Shown here one piece after another: positions 48,317 to 58,433 of a stretch of DNA of 64,000 bases. The DNA lies in NCBI GenBank assembly GCA_963668025.2, contig CAXXTH010000014.1:76605-140604 (forward strand), given 5' to 3'. The notes under the pieces were generated by a model. That model was not told where the DNA came from and ran no database searches. It was given only the letters and a program-made list of their open reading frames with translations. The position numbers and the translations under genes were made by a program. The first letter of the stretch is position 1, and every line of letters starts with the position of its first letter. The stretch comes from Candidatus Hydrogenedentota bacterium (GTDB lineage: Bacteria; Hydrogenedentota; Hydrogenedentia; Hydrogenedentales; SLHB01).

Positions 48317-49399
48317 CTATCCGCGGCACCGTTTCGGGCGCACGGCGTCCGTTTCAACAATCCAGCGCCGAAGCCCCATGCGGGATAAGTAGGTGGGGAT
48401 CACCTGAAATCTGGGGTTTAGCGAAGGCAGCGCTTCAATAAAGGAACGCTTGTTTTCGCCTTGAGCGCCACAGAGAATGGTTAATGAACCGCCTTCGCCT
48501 CCCGCGCCGTTCACTTTCCAGCCAATTGCGCCATGCTCCCGCGCCAGCTCGATAATCGCTTGGGCCTCATTGCCCACCAAGGCGGGATGGAGCCCGGCTT
48601 GGGCTTCCGTATTGGCGATCATGGCCTTGCCAAACGCCTCGAAATCGCCTTCGAGCAATGCGTTCTTGCCCATGCCGCTCGTTTTACGCAACACTTCTAG
48701 CTGCGTCTTGTCGGCATTGGGCTGTTCGAGCTTGCGTATCACTTGCTCATGCACGGCGCTCGATGAATGGGAATTTCCTAAAAACACCAATACCAGACGG
48801 CGCTCGAGCTCCCACCAGAGGCTATTGGATAGAGTGATCTGTGAAACCGATGCGTGGGGATAATCAAACATGTCAATGTAGCAGATCCCGCCATATGCGG
48901 AGCAAATCTGGTCTTGTATGCCGCATTGAAGCCCCAGTTTCTCCGTCTCGACGCGCTGGGCCAGCAACGCAATTTCGTGGGGTGTCAACTGGCCGGGTGT
49001 CAGCAAATCTAGGGCCCCCAACAAGGCGATAGTGACAGCGGCGGAAGTGCCTGTCGATGCGCCCGCAGGCGCGACGGAATACAGATTGACTTCAAACGAC
49101 AGGTCATCCGGCAAATCCATTATTTTGATCGCCGCTTCCAGCAAAGGATGGCGGTCAAATCCTTCTGTCTTGGGTGCAAAGATATACCGGTCGCCGAAAT
49201 TCTCCGCGTTCACGACAACACTGCGGGTTTCGCCTTGTTTTATTTTGTTGACATAGATCTGCACTTCCGCATACGGATAAACGCCAATATTCAGCACTGA
49301 CCCCCGGCCTGCGAACCATGTATCGGTCCAGCCGCCCAAATCACATATCCGAATGGGAGCCATGGCGTTAATGACAAGGGTGCGATTATCTGGCCACAT
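48317..49399 (-). CDS. GHMP kinase (D-glycero-alpha-D-manno-heptose 7-phosphate kinase HddA-like)
   Basis: APIRICDLGGWTD; PAGASTGTSAA; GIQDQ..AYGG; KVNGAGGEGG. Confidence 0.85.
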   Translation of the reverse strand: MWPDNRTLVINAMAPIRICDLGGWTDTWFAGRGSVLNIGVYPYAEVQIYVNKIKQGETRSVVVNAENFGDRYIFAPKTEGFDRHPLLEAAIKIMDLPDDLSFEVNLYSVAPAGASTGTSAAVTIALLGALDLLTPGQLTPHEIALLAQRVETEKLGLQCGIQDQICSAYGGICYIDMFDYPHASVSQITLSNSLWWELERRLVLVFLGNSHSSSAVHEQVIRKLEQPNADKTQLEVLRKTSGMGKNALLEGDFEAFGKAMIANTEAQAGLHPALVGNEAQAIIELAREHGAIGWKVNGAGGEGGSLTILCGAQGENKRSFIEALPSLNPRFQVIPTYLSRMGLRRWIVETDAVRPKRCRG

Positions 49400-49431
49400 A
49401 CCGCGCCTCCTTCACCGGCGTTTGGAGAGAT

Positions 49432-50658
49432 TTATTTTGGAATAAAGAACCGTTCGCCATCCGCCTCGATGGCCACGCCATATATGCTGATGGCGATAAT
49501 GCGGGCGTTCGATTCAAAAAGGGGATCTCCCACATTAAATTTGCGGTAATTGATCAGTGCGAACGCGCGGGGCGTGTGTCGGCCCGCGCTGCCTACCGAG
49601 CGGATTCTCATTTCGGGCAGCCCAAGCCGGTTGCGCACCGCCGCGGTTAATACCGGCAACGTGCGAGGATCGACATCCGCGCTCATGCTGGCTTCCGCAT
49701 CATTACCCGCTTCACCACCGTTTCGATATGGTGCGGGCTGTGGTGCGTACGCCTCATTGCTCTTTACCGCTGCTGGCGCGGGCTTAGGCGCTACTGGCTG
49801 CGTGATGGGCTGCTCCTCTTCCGGGGATTCCTCCGGTTCGGGCTGAACCTGCACAGGTGCTGCCGGAGGCGCAACTACGGGGTTTGGCTGTGCTTGCGCC
49901 ACTTGAATTGGCTGCGCTTGCACCACCGGTTCGGGCTGAACCTGCACAGGCTGTGCTTTAACCTCATCGGCAGGAGGCATTACGGGCGTGGATTGCTTTT
50001 GTGCTCCTTGAAGCAACTGCGCTTGTACGGTTACCGGAGGTACTGCTGGTTCTGGCTGGGCCTGTACCACTTCGGCGGGCGGCGTCAAAGGCGTGGGCTG
50101 CACTTGCGCCACCTGGACCGGCAGGGCCTGCACGGCTGCTGGCGGCGCGGCTAGCTCGGGCTGATGCACGACGGACGCCGTTGGGGGCGTCACAGGTGCA
50201 AGCTGCGCTTGGACTGGCGTGGGCGGGGGCGGTGCTGGTTCCACCGGCGGAGCCACGGGGGGCGCAGGCTGCACCGGCACTACCTCGGCTGGCGGCGGTG
50301 TTGTTTGCACTTGCGCCGTCGGCGCGGATTGAACTATTGGGGTGGGCGGAGGCGTAACGGGTTTGGAAACGGCTTCCGTATTCGCAGAGATTGCAGCCGT
50401 CTGCGCGGCTGGCGTGGTGGCCACATGCGCGACAACAAGCGCCACGGCAACCGCCACCACAATCACGACGCCCACCAAAACGGCGATGCCCGCAATCACT
50501 TTCCCAGGAGATAAATCCAACACCATCCCCCCGCGATGTACGGGACGGCCAATCAAATCTTGGTGGGCGGCGTGGCTCTCAACCGGTTCTGGCGTGGCGC
50601 GGTTCGCCCGCGCCTTTTCCTCTTCACGCTTTTGCAGGGCGTCGAGAATCGAGCTCAT
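49432..50658 (-). CDS. exeB: General secretion pathway protein B (ExeB/GspB) with long Pro/Gln/Ala-rich linker
   Basis: MSSILDALQK N-terminus, one TM, low-complexity linker, FALIN C-terminal domain; overlaps the exeA stop. Confidence 0.8.
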   Translation of the reverse strand: MSSILDALQKREEEKARANRATPEPVESHAAHQDLIGRPVHRGGMVLDLSPGKVIAGIAVLVGVVIVVAVAVALVVAHVATTPAAQTAAISANTEAVSKPVTPPPTPIVQSAPTAQVQTTPPPAEVVPVQPAPPVAPPVEPAPPPPTPVQAQLAPVTPPTASVVHQPELAAPPAAVQALPVQVAQVQPTPLTPPAEVVQAQPEPAVPPVTVQAQLLQGAQKQSTPVMPPADEVKAQPVQVQPEPVVQAQPIQVAQAQPNPVVAPPAAPVQVQPEPEESPEEEQPITQPVAPKPAPAAVKSNEAYAPQPAPYRNGGEAGNDAEASMSADVDPRTLPVLTAAVRNRLGLPEMRIRSVGSAGRHTPRAFALINYRKFNVGDPLFESNARIIAISIYGVAIEADGERFFIPK

Positions 50659-52991
50659 CCCGCATCCTCCCCGGTAGCAGGCGAACTCGAAGCGCCAGAT
50701 GCCGGTGCGGCGTCTGGAGAAACCACGCTCTCAGCGGGCGGTGTTTCTGCCTTAGGTGCAGGCGAAGTTTCAATTGCAGGCGTTTCCACCACTGGTGGGG
50801 TGGAAGGCTCGATTGCAGGCGGTGTCTCCGCAGTAGGTGCAGGCGGGGCTTCCGTTGCTGGCGGTGTCTCCGCTGTTGATGCGCCAGCTTGCGCGGCCTC
50901 TGGCGTATCGGGATTTACCGGAGTAGAGCTAGGTTCTGTAGTGCTTTCGGGCGCAGGCTCCTGCGCTTTCGATTCTTCCGGCTGGACGGCGTCCGCCGGC
51001 TTGGATGCTGCCGTGGCTGAAGCATCACTGGGTGCAGGCGCTTGTGTTTCCGGCGCGGATGCTTCCGGCAGCGGCAATGCAGACGCCTTTTCCACATCGA
51101 CGGCCGCGGCAGCAGGAGCCTCTGAAGAAACCGTTTCTGAACCGCTCCCTTCCACAGGAGCAATCGGACTGGCGGCGGCAGGCGTCTCCGCTGGCGCAGG
51201 CGATGCCGGAACGGGCTCTTGAACGGGCGTTGGCGCTTCGATTACGGGCGTTTGCGGCTTGGGAAAAAGACTTGGCGTGTGCGATTGAGCCGCCCAACCG
51301 GCCAGCACCATGCGCGTCTGTTTTCCGACAATGCCATCCTGCATAAGCCCTGTTTCTGCTTGGAGCGTCTTTACAGCCGCTATGGTGGCGGCATCATAAT
51401 TTCCCGTGGGAGGCGGAGTGAGCCGTCCGAGCCGTTGCAATTCCGTTTGCAGCGCCACTACATTCGGCCCCATGCTTCCCGGCTGCATGGGGGGGTCCAT
51501 AGGTGTTGGATTCGACCAAAGAATCACAGCCATATCCAAATAGCGCTTTTGGAAATCCTCTATAGGCGCTTTGAGCGTCTCGTTCAAACCGCCCGTAATC
51601 TCCACCTCATTTTCGCTTATACCTAACAAGCCCACCCAAGCCAGTTGCTCATCTCCAAGCACTTTGACAAAAGCAGGCAGGTTTATTGCCTTGATCTGCT
51701 CGAATTTCAGCGTGAGCGCTTCGCTTTCCATGCCGTTGCTCAAGGCAAAGGCCTGCAGATCCGCAGCCGTGTCTCCTGCGGGATAGGAACCGGCCATGCC
51801 CTTATCCCAGGCGCGGAGCAAAGCGACGCCCGCCGCATTTCGCGCCACGGCAGGAGTCAAACGGTCCACTATGCGGGCCAGCGTCGAAGCAGACACCGGT
51901 TCAGGCATGGGAAGCGTGGCGGGGGACGGAGACACTGGTTCCGTATTAGGAGGTGTTTCGGGCGTTGATTCAGGAGCCGTTATCGGCGGTGCAACAGGAT
52001 TCGGCGCAGGGGCTTCAATGGGCGCCTCCGACCGATGAAAGACAGGAGACTGCAAGATGTATTGCGTGCCGACAAAGATGCCTGCTATCGCTCCCATGCC
52101 CGCAACGACTATAAGCACGGAAATGGCCAGCATGGCCAATTTAGGCAGAGAATCGCGCACGACGGAAGGCTTTTTCTGCTTGAGTTGCGCGCCCTGCACT
52201 TCGTGGATAGCTTGGTTAATGATAGCGGTATTGATATCGTGGGCTTCATGCGTATAGCCAATCAGCAAGGCCCTGTCGCAGATGGCGTTGATCATGCGCG
52301 GAGTGCCCCCAGAAACTTTATAAATCGATTTGAGAGCGCCTTGCGTGAAACGCACCTTTCCTTTGCCGCCCGCTACGCGCAAACGGGAGGCGATGTACTG
52401 CACCATCTCATCATGGTCAAGGGGTCTCAGATGATAGCGCGCCGTAATCCGCTGGTTGAGCTGGCGCAATTCAGGCAAGTTAAGCTGGTGGACCAGTTCA
52501 GGCTGGCCTATAAGGACAATTTGGAGGAGCTTCTGCGTATCTGTCTCGAGATTAGACAGCAAGCGGATTTGTTCGAGAACCGCTGGGCCCAGGTCTTGGG
52601 CTTCGTCGATGATCAGCACGCAGTTCTTGTCGCGGTTGAAACAATCGAGCAGATGGAAATTCAATTCGTCGATGAGGCCTTTGTTGGTCTCGGCTTCCGT
52701 TCGGATGCCGAACTCCTCATTGATCTTGCGCAGCAAATCCGTCGCGGAAAGGCAAGGATTAAAGACCAGCGCCAGTTCGGTATTATCTTCAAGCTTGCCG
52801 ATCAAAGTACGGCAAATCGTGGTCTTTCCTGCGCCGATCTCCCCCGAAATAAGCACGAATCCCACGCGATTTTGGATGCCGTACAGCAGATGGGCGATAG
52901 CTTCTTGGTGCTTCTCGCTCAAAAACAAGAATCGAGGGTCCGGCGTGAGATTAAACGGTTTCTCAGTTAACCCATAAAACGACTCGTACAT
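50655..52991 (-). CDS. exeA: General secretion pathway protein A (ExeA AAA ATPase with peptidoglycan-binding domain)
   Basis: MYESFYGL.EKPF.LTPDP; GEIGAGKT; IIDEAQ; GQPEL; GTPRMIN; PG-binding LQ..L...DGIVGKQT. Confidence 0.92.
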   Translation of the reverse strand: MYESFYGLTEKPFNLTPDPRFLFLSEKHQEAIAHLLYGIQNRVGFVLISGEIGAGKTTICRTLIGKLEDNTELALVFNPCLSATDLLRKINEEFGIRTEAETNKGLIDELNFHLLDCFNRDKNCVLIIDEAQDLGPAVLEQIRLLSNLETDTQKLLQIVLIGQPELVHQLNLPELRQLNQRITARYHLRPLDHDEMVQYIASRLRVAGGKGKVRFTQGALKSIYKVSGGTPRMINAICDRALLIGYTHEAHDINTAIINQAIHEVQGAQLKQKKPSVVRDSLPKLAMLAISVLIVVAGMGAIAGIFVGTQYILQSPVFHRSEAPIEAPAPNPVAPPITAPESTPETPPNTEPVSPSPATLPMPEPVSASTLARIVDRLTPAVARNAAGVALLRAWDKGMAGSYPAGDTAADLQAFALSNGMESEALTLKFEQIKAINLPAFVKVLGDEQLAWVGLLGISENEVEITGGLNETLKAPIEDFQKRYLDMAVILWSNPTPMDPPMQPGSMGPNVVALQTELQRLGRLTPPPTGNYDAATIAAVKTLQAETGLMQDGIVGKQTRMVLAGWAAQSHTPSLFPKPQTPVIEAPTPVQEPVPASPAPAETPAAASPIAPVEGSGSETVSSEAPAAAAVDVEKASALPLPEASAPETQAPAPSDASATAASKPADAVQPEESKAQEPAPESTTEPSSTPVNPDTPEAAQAGASTAETPPATEAPPAPTAETPPAIEPSTPPVVETPAIETSPAPKAETPPAESVVSPDAAPASGASSSPATGEDAG

Positions 52992-53175
52992 ACCGCCCTC
53001 AAAAAAACGTGAAATCGCCCATTAAAGAGGAATAATGTTGACAGAAAAGAATAGCATGCCGCTTCACGGCAGTCAAACGCGGTAACCACGTTTCGCTGGG
53101 CCAGATTTCGCTTGTGCTTTGATTTATGGCATACTACACAGATTATTGTCTACGTATTTGTAGGAACTGGCATAC

Positions 53176-54096
53176 ATGAACCTTAGCCGGTATTTGAGCC
53201 CATGGCAGGTGGTGTTGGGGATTCGCGAGCCTGATAAGGAGGCGTTGCTGGATCTGCTTGTCCACATGGCCATGGAGGGGCGGGCGTTCCGGGAACAGCC
53301 GGAGTTTACATTCGAGGCAGTGCGCGAGGCCGTGGCGGAGCGGGAGGCGGACAAGCCCACGGGCTTAGGTAATGGGGTGGCGTTTCCTCATGCGCGCATC
53401 CCCAACCTGCGTGGCGTAGGCCTATGCATCGCCGTTTTGGGCGAGCCGGTGGACTTTAATGCGCTGGATGGCCAGCCCGCACGGTTCGTGGCGCTTATCA
53501 TCGCGCCGCAGGAACAGCCCACGATCATCCTCAGGCTGATGTCGCAGATGGCCCAGTTGCTGCGCGATCCCGAAGCGTTCCAATTTTTAATGGAATCCAA
53601 AGAACCTGCGGCGGTGGCTACATATATTCAGAAGCATGTGCTGCATGAGGACCGGAGCATTTATGCGCGTGACATCATGCGCCCGCCGTTCGCGGATATT
53701 CATCCCGACACGCCGCTGCCCGAGGTGACGCGGATCATGCTCGAGCATGCGCAGGACACCATGGAAGTCGTCGAGCGCGATGGCGCGCTGGTGGGGGAGA
53801 TCACGTGCGATTTGTTATGCACGTTCGGCATGCCGGATTTTTTCAGCCAGCTCAAGTCCATATCATTCTTGAGCGAGTTCGATCCGTTTGAGAGGTATTT
53901 CGAGCGCGAGGCCCATATGCGGGCCTGCGACATCATGTCCAAGGATGTCGCGGCCATGCCCGAGGACGCCACGCTGATCGAGGTGTTGTTTGAGTTAGTG
54001 GTGAAGCGGCGCACCAAGGCGTATGTAGTGCGCGACGGGAAACGGATTGGCGTGCTAGACCGCATTTCCGTGCTGGACCACGTATTAAATATATAG
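53176..54096 (+). CDS. PTS EIIA domain fused to a CBS pair
   Basis: EREADKPTGLGNGVAFPHAR, then ARDIMR...ACDIMS CBS repeats. Confidence 0.88.
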   Translation: MNLSRYLSPWQVVLGIREPDKEALLDLLVHMAMEGRAFREQPEFTFEAVREAVAEREADKPTGLGNGVAFPHARIPNLRGVGLCIAVLGEPVDFNALDGQPARFVALIIAPQEQPTIILRLMSQMAQLLRDPEAFQFLMESKEPAAVATYIQKHVLHEDRSIYARDIMRPPFADIHPDTPLPEVTRIMLEHAQDTMEVVERDGALVGEITCDLLCTFGMPDFFSQLKSISFLSEFDPFERYFEREAHMRACDIMSKDVAAMPEDATLIEVLFELVVKRRTKAYVVRDGKRIGVLDRISVLDHVLNI

Positions 54097-54102
54097 GAAA
54101 TC

Positions 54103-55398
54103 ATGATCACTGCAATTATCATATTCGCCATCACCTATATCCTGATCGCCTCGGAGCGTTTCGATAAAACCGCCATATCGATATTGGGCGCTTCGACCGT
54201 GATCGGATTTGGCGTCATCCCGCATGAAATCGCCATGGGCAAGGTGGACTTAAATGTCATCTTCTTGCTGGTGGGGATGATGATAGTAGTGAATATCTTG
54301 GCGGAGACCGGTTTTTTCGAGTGGGTTGCCGTGACTATCGCGCAGCATTCCCGGGGCAATGGCCCGATGATCTTGGTGGAGATGGTGGCGGCCACGGCCT
54401 TGCTCTCCGCATTTCTGGACAATGTAACGACGGTGATTCTTGTCGCGCCGATCACGATCCTCGTCACGCAAGTGATGGATATCCCCACGATCCCCTTTCT
54501 TATCCTTGAAGCGATATTCTCGAACATCGGCGGCACGGCCACGCTCATTGGCGATCCGCCCAATATCCTCATCGGCTCGAAGGGCAATCTCACATTCAAT
54601 GAGTTTATATTAAATCTCACCCCTGTGGTGCTGATTATCGCTATTGTGGTACTGGCGTTGACCGTCTTATTTTTTGGCCGCTCGATGCGCGTGTCGGATG
54701 CCGCGCGCGAGCGCATTCTACGCGCCAAGCCGCGCCTCGCCATCACGGAGCCCCGCAAGCTCAAGCGCGCCTTGCCTGTTTTAGGCGTCATAATCATTGG
54801 CTTTTTCTTGAGCCACAGCATGGGCATCGAACCTGGCGTCATTGCTATTACGGGCGCATTCCTCATGATCCTTGTATGTGGTGCGGATCTGCACCACGCC
54901 ATGGAGCGCGTCGAGTGGAGCACGATTTTTTTCTTTATCGGATTGTTTATTCTAGTGGGCTCGCTGGAATATAAAGGCGTTTTTGAATGGGCAGGTGAAG
55001 CCATTATCGATTGGACGCATGGCAATCTCTTGCTCACCGTTCTCACTATTCTTTGGGCCAGCGCCATTCTCTCGGCGATTGTAGATAATATCCCCTTGGT
55101 GATCGCCATGCTGCCCTTGATCCAGACGATGATTCCCGCTTTCGGAGAGCAGATGGGGCTGGGTGGAGCAGAGTTGCGATCCTCCGTGAGCGAGCCGCTT
55201 TATTGGGCGCTGGCCTTGGGGGCGTGCCTGGGTGGCAATGGCACCCTTATCGGCGCGTCCGCCAATGTAGTGATCACGCAGATCGCACGCAAGAATAAAT
55301 ACCCCATCACATTCATGCAGTTCACGGCTTATGGATTTCCCATCATGCTCGTGACACTGCTTATATGCACGGCATATATGTATCTGCGCTATTTCTAA
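54103..55398 (+). CDS. ArsB/NhaD (ion transporter IT superfamily) permease
   Basis: LSAFLDNVTT; NIGGTATLIGDPPN; SAIVDNIP; GACLGGNGT.IGASAN. Confidence 0.92.
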   Translation: MITAIIIFAITYILIASERFDKTAISILGASTVIGFGVIPHEIAMGKVDLNVIFLLVGMMIVVNILAETGFFEWVAVTIAQHSRGNGPMILVEMVAATALLSAFLDNVTTVILVAPITILVTQVMDIPTIPFLILEAIFSNIGGTATLIGDPPNILIGSKGNLTFNEFILNLTPVVLIIAIVVLALTVLFFGRSMRVSDAARERILRAKPRLAITEPRKLKRALPVLGVIIIGFFLSHSMGIEPGVIAITGAFLMILVCGADLHHAMERVEWSTIFFFIGLFILVGSLEYKGVFEWAGEAIIDWTHGNLLLTVLTILWASAILSAIVDNIPLVIAMLPLIQTMIPAFGEQMGLGGAELRSSVSEPLYWALALGACLGGNGTLIGASANVVITQIARKNKYPITFMQFTAYGFPIMLVTLLICTAYMYLRYF

Positions 55399-56220
55399 TC
55401 ATCCCAGCGCCACATCGAGTATCATCATAATGGCGAATCCCACCAATACGCCGATGGTCGGGATATCCGTGTCGCCTTTGCGCTGCGCTTCCGGGATGAG
55501 TTCCTCCGCCACGACGAAGATCATGGCCCCCGCCGCAAAAGCCAGTGCGAACGGTAGAATCGGGCGCATGAGCAGCACGACAGCCGCACCTATCACGCCC
55601 GCAACCGGCTCCACCAAGCCCGATAGCTGGCCATACATGAAGCTCTTCATGGGTGAAAAACCTTCCCGCCGCAACGGCATGGCCACCGCTGTGCCCTCGG
55701 GGAAATTTTGCAGGCCGATGCCCACGGCCAGCGCGATGGCCGCCGCGACCGAAGCGCCTGGAAGGCCCGCCGCCGTCGCTCCGAAGGCGACGCCCACCGC
55801 CAGCCCTTCCGGGATATTGTGCAGCGTGATGGCCAGCACCAGCAATGTGCTGCGCCGCCAAGTGGTATGGATGCCTTCGGCATCTTTCTTGGCCAGCCCT
55901 TGATGCAAATGGGGAAGGATTTTATCGATTACCATCAGGCAGCCGCCGCCCAGGAGAAAACCGATGGTTGGCGGTATCCATGGGACAAAGCCCATGTCCT
56001 CGCTCAGCGAAATACTGGGCGCAAGCAGCGACCAAAAGCTGGCGGCAATCATCACGCCCGCCGCCATGCCGAGTGTTCCATCCATGAATTTTTGGTTGTA
56101 TCGCTGCGTGAAAAATACGGGTGTGGCGCCCAAGGCGGTCATGAACCAAGTGAACAAGGTCGCCAGCAGCGCTTGAACAACTGGATGAAGCTCGGCAAAT
56201 GCAGCCATTTCGTCCTCCAT
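55399..56220 (-). CDS. ZIP family metal transporter (ZupT/GufA-like)
   Basis: AAGVMIAASFWSLL; ITLHNIPEGLAVG; QNFPEG; AAGAMIFVV.EELIPE. Confidence 0.93.
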   Translation of the reverse strand: MEDEMAAFAELHPVVQALLATLFTWFMTALGATPVFFTQRYNQKFMDGTLGMAAGVMIAASFWSLLAPSISLSEDMGFVPWIPPTIGFLLGGGCLMVIDKILPHLHQGLAKKDAEGIHTTWRRSTLLVLAITLHNIPEGLAVGVAFGATAAGLPGASVAAAIALAVGIGLQNFPEGTAVAMPLRREGFSPMKSFMYGQLSGLVEPVAGVIGAAVVLLMRPILPFALAFAAGAMIFVVAEELIPEAQRKGDTDIPTIGVLVGFAIMMILDVALG

Positions 56221-56233
56221 AATGTGATGGTTT

Positions 56234-56710
56234 TTATTTCACGAGCGCTTGGCCCATGCCGGCTTGCCAGCCTGGCGGCAATAATCCATTATCTACAAAA
56301 CGGATACGCCGGACATCCATTCCCGCGTGCTCGAAATAAACATCGAGCCGCTTGTTGGGTAATAACACATCCGCCCGCTCCGCCCATTCCACGGCGCAGA
56401 CGCCATCAGGCTCGAACAGCTCTTCATACCCCAAATCCGCGATTTCATCCGGCCCCGAGAGCCGGTATAAATCCACATGATACAAGCGCGGGGATTCTCC
56501 ATACTGGTTCACAAGCGTGAACGTGGGGCTGTGGACTGCTCCGCCGGTTGCATAAACTGAAGCCATGCCGCGCACGAAGCAAGTCTTGCCTGCCGCCAGA
56601 TCGCCACGTAGCGCCACGACACCGCCAAGAGGCAGTATTTGCGCCAGCGCCTTGCCGAGGGCTTCCGTTTCCTCTTGGGCGTGTGTCTCGATCATCCATT
56701 CGTTATTCAT
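56234..56710 (-). CDS. tsaE: tRNA threonylcarbamoyladenosine biosynthesis ATPase
   Basis: LRGDLAAGKT; SPTFTLV; HVDLYRL; VEWA. Confidence 0.95.
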   Translation of the reverse strand: MNNEWMIETHAQEETEALGKALAQILPLGGVVALRGDLAAGKTCFVRGMASVYATGGAVHSPTFTLVNQYGESPRLYHVDLYRLSGPDEIADLGYEELFEPDGVCAVEWAERADVLLPNKRLDVYFEHAGMDVRRIRFVDNGLLPPGWQAGMGQALVK

Positions 56711-58176
56711 GGCTTCTTTATCGCTTCAGCATATAATTCCACATATTCTTTTGAGGCGCGGCGCCAGGATAGGTCTTCCCGCATGCCGAGCCGCCGCACC
56801 TCTTCGAGCGTTTCCGGGGCTTCGTACAGGCGAATGGCGCGGAAGACGGCGCGCGCCAACTCTTCCGGCGCACCCGGTCCGAAAACAATGCCGTTGGCTT
56901 TGTTTTTAGCGATATTGACCGGAGACGCATCCACGATGGTGTCCGCAAGGCCGCCGGTTTTGCGCACGACGGGAATCGCTCCATACGCCAGGCTGTACAT
57001 TTGGCTGAGGCCGCAAGGCTCGGTGAGCGAAGGCATCAAGAAAAAATCGCCCCCGGCGTACATTTGGTGTGCGAGAGGCTCATTATAGCCTAGCACGACG
57101 GACACCTGATCGGGATGGCGCGCCGCAGCATGTTCAAGGGCCACTTGCAACCGGGGCTCGCCGGAACCCAAGATGGCAAGCTGGATGCCCCGGCTCACAA
57201 GCTGTTCCATGGCGGACGCCACTAAGTCAATGCCTTTGTCCCACACCAGGCGAGTCACCATGCAGAACAGGGGCGCATCACTGGCAGGCAATTGGAGCCG
57301 GTCTTGCAACGCCGCTTTGCACCGCGCTTTTCCCGCCATGTCTTCCACGTTATAGTGCGCCGCGATATGGGGGTCGTGTGCGGGATTCCACTCCGCATAG
57401 TCAATCCCGTTGACGATGCCACTCAAGTCCGCCCGGCGCGTACGCAGAAAACCATCCAATCCCTGCCCATAGGCCATGGTCTGGATCTCCCGCGCGTATG
57501 TAGCGCTCACGGTGTTAATCTTGCTCGCGAAGCCGATGCCCGCCTTCATCAGATTCACCCGGCCCTCGAATTCCAGGAACTCCGGGGTGAATAATTCCCA
57601 AGGCAGCCCCGTATTCGCGTAATGCTCTCCGCCGAAACGCCCTTGATAGCCTAAATTATGTATGGTGAACACGGAAGGCGTGCCGCGCCAGATGGGATTC
57701 GGGTGCAGGTTTAGGCGCAGATATGCGGGAAGCACGCCCGTATGCCAGTCATGGCAATGGATGATGTCCGGCCGCCATTCCAACTGCGGAATGGCGTCCA
57801 AGATGGCCATGCAAAAAAAGCAAAACCGTTCGAGATTATCCTCGTATTCATGGCCCGCCGCATAGCCGTATGGATGCTCCCGCCGGAAATAGCCGTCGTG
57901 CTCGATGAGATATAGCGGAACCTCCGTGCCGGGCAGCACGGATTCGCGCAAGCAGCCGATATGTGTTTTGCCGCCCAGATTAGCATAGCAGGTGCGTATC
58001 GATTTTCCTTTGGACGCCTCTGGAATCTGCCCATAACAGGGAATGGCCAGCCGCACATCATGGCCCTGTTCGCGCAACGCATGCGGCAGCGCACGCACCA
58101 CATCCGCCAGCCCGCCCGTCTTCACCAGCGGCGCGGCTTCGGCGGCTACGAATAGTATTCTCATTGGTTTTGGCAT
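56707..58176 (-). CDS. glgA: Glycogen synthase
   Basis: KTGGLADV; HCHDWH; TIHNLGYQG; EPCGLSQM; TGGLADT. Confidence 0.97.
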   Translation of the reverse strand: MPKPMRILFVAAEAAPLVKTGGLADVVRALPHALREQGHDVRLAIPCYGQIPEASKGKSIRTCYANLGGKTHIGCLRESVLPGTEVPLYLIEHDGYFRREHPYGYAAGHEYEDNLERFCFFCMAILDAIPQLEWRPDIIHCHDWHTGVLPAYLRLNLHPNPIWRGTPSVFTIHNLGYQGRFGGEHYANTGLPWELFTPEFLEFEGRVNLMKAGIGFASKINTVSATYAREIQTMAYGQGLDGFLRTRRADLSGIVNGIDYAEWNPAHDPHIAAHYNVEDMAGKARCKAALQDRLQLPASDAPLFCMVTRLVWDKGIDLVASAMEQLVSRGIQLAILGSGEPRLQVALEHAAARHPDQVSVVLGYNEPLAHQMYAGGDFFLMPSLTEPCGLSQMYSLAYGAIPVVRKTGGLADTIVDASPVNIAKNKANGIVFGPGAPEELARAVFRAIRLYEAPETLEEVRRLGMREDLSWRRASKEYVELYAEAIKKP

Positions 58177-58250
58177 GTATTACAACAATCCCCCGTAATG
58201 CGAATAAACCGTCTATCGAATGATCATTATTTACCACCACGAAGAGCTTA

Positions 58251-58273
58251 GCGCGGCATGGCCGCAACCGAAG
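58251..58273 (+). repeat. Short hairpin repeat GCGCGG-N5-CCGCAAYCRAAG (copy 2)
   Basis: gcgcggcatggccgcaaccgaag; matches 12909-12931 on the minus strand. Confidence 0.5.
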
Positions 58274-58314
58274 ATCCGGATTTTGGACCACTAAATACAC
58301 TAAAATTTCGAGGG

Positions 58315-58336
58315 GTAGGGTGGGGCTTGCCCCACC
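58315..58336 (+). repeat. GTAG-type REP sequence
   Basis: GTAG followed by the palindrome GGTGGGGC-TT-GCCCCACC, intergenic. Confidence 0.65.
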
Positions 58337-58433
58337 GTTCAAAGGATTCATCGACCAAAATACTATGTAAAAATCATAGGTCTTAACCAGTTAAAATACA
58401 TTGTTTACACAGAAAATCCTCGCAAAAAATACA

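Noticed and set aside
49620-51300. Pro/Ala/Gln/Glu-rich repeats and many overlapping ORFs in exeA/exeB
   Set aside because: Ordinary low-complexity periplasmic linkers; the alternative ORFs are GC-rich shadows.
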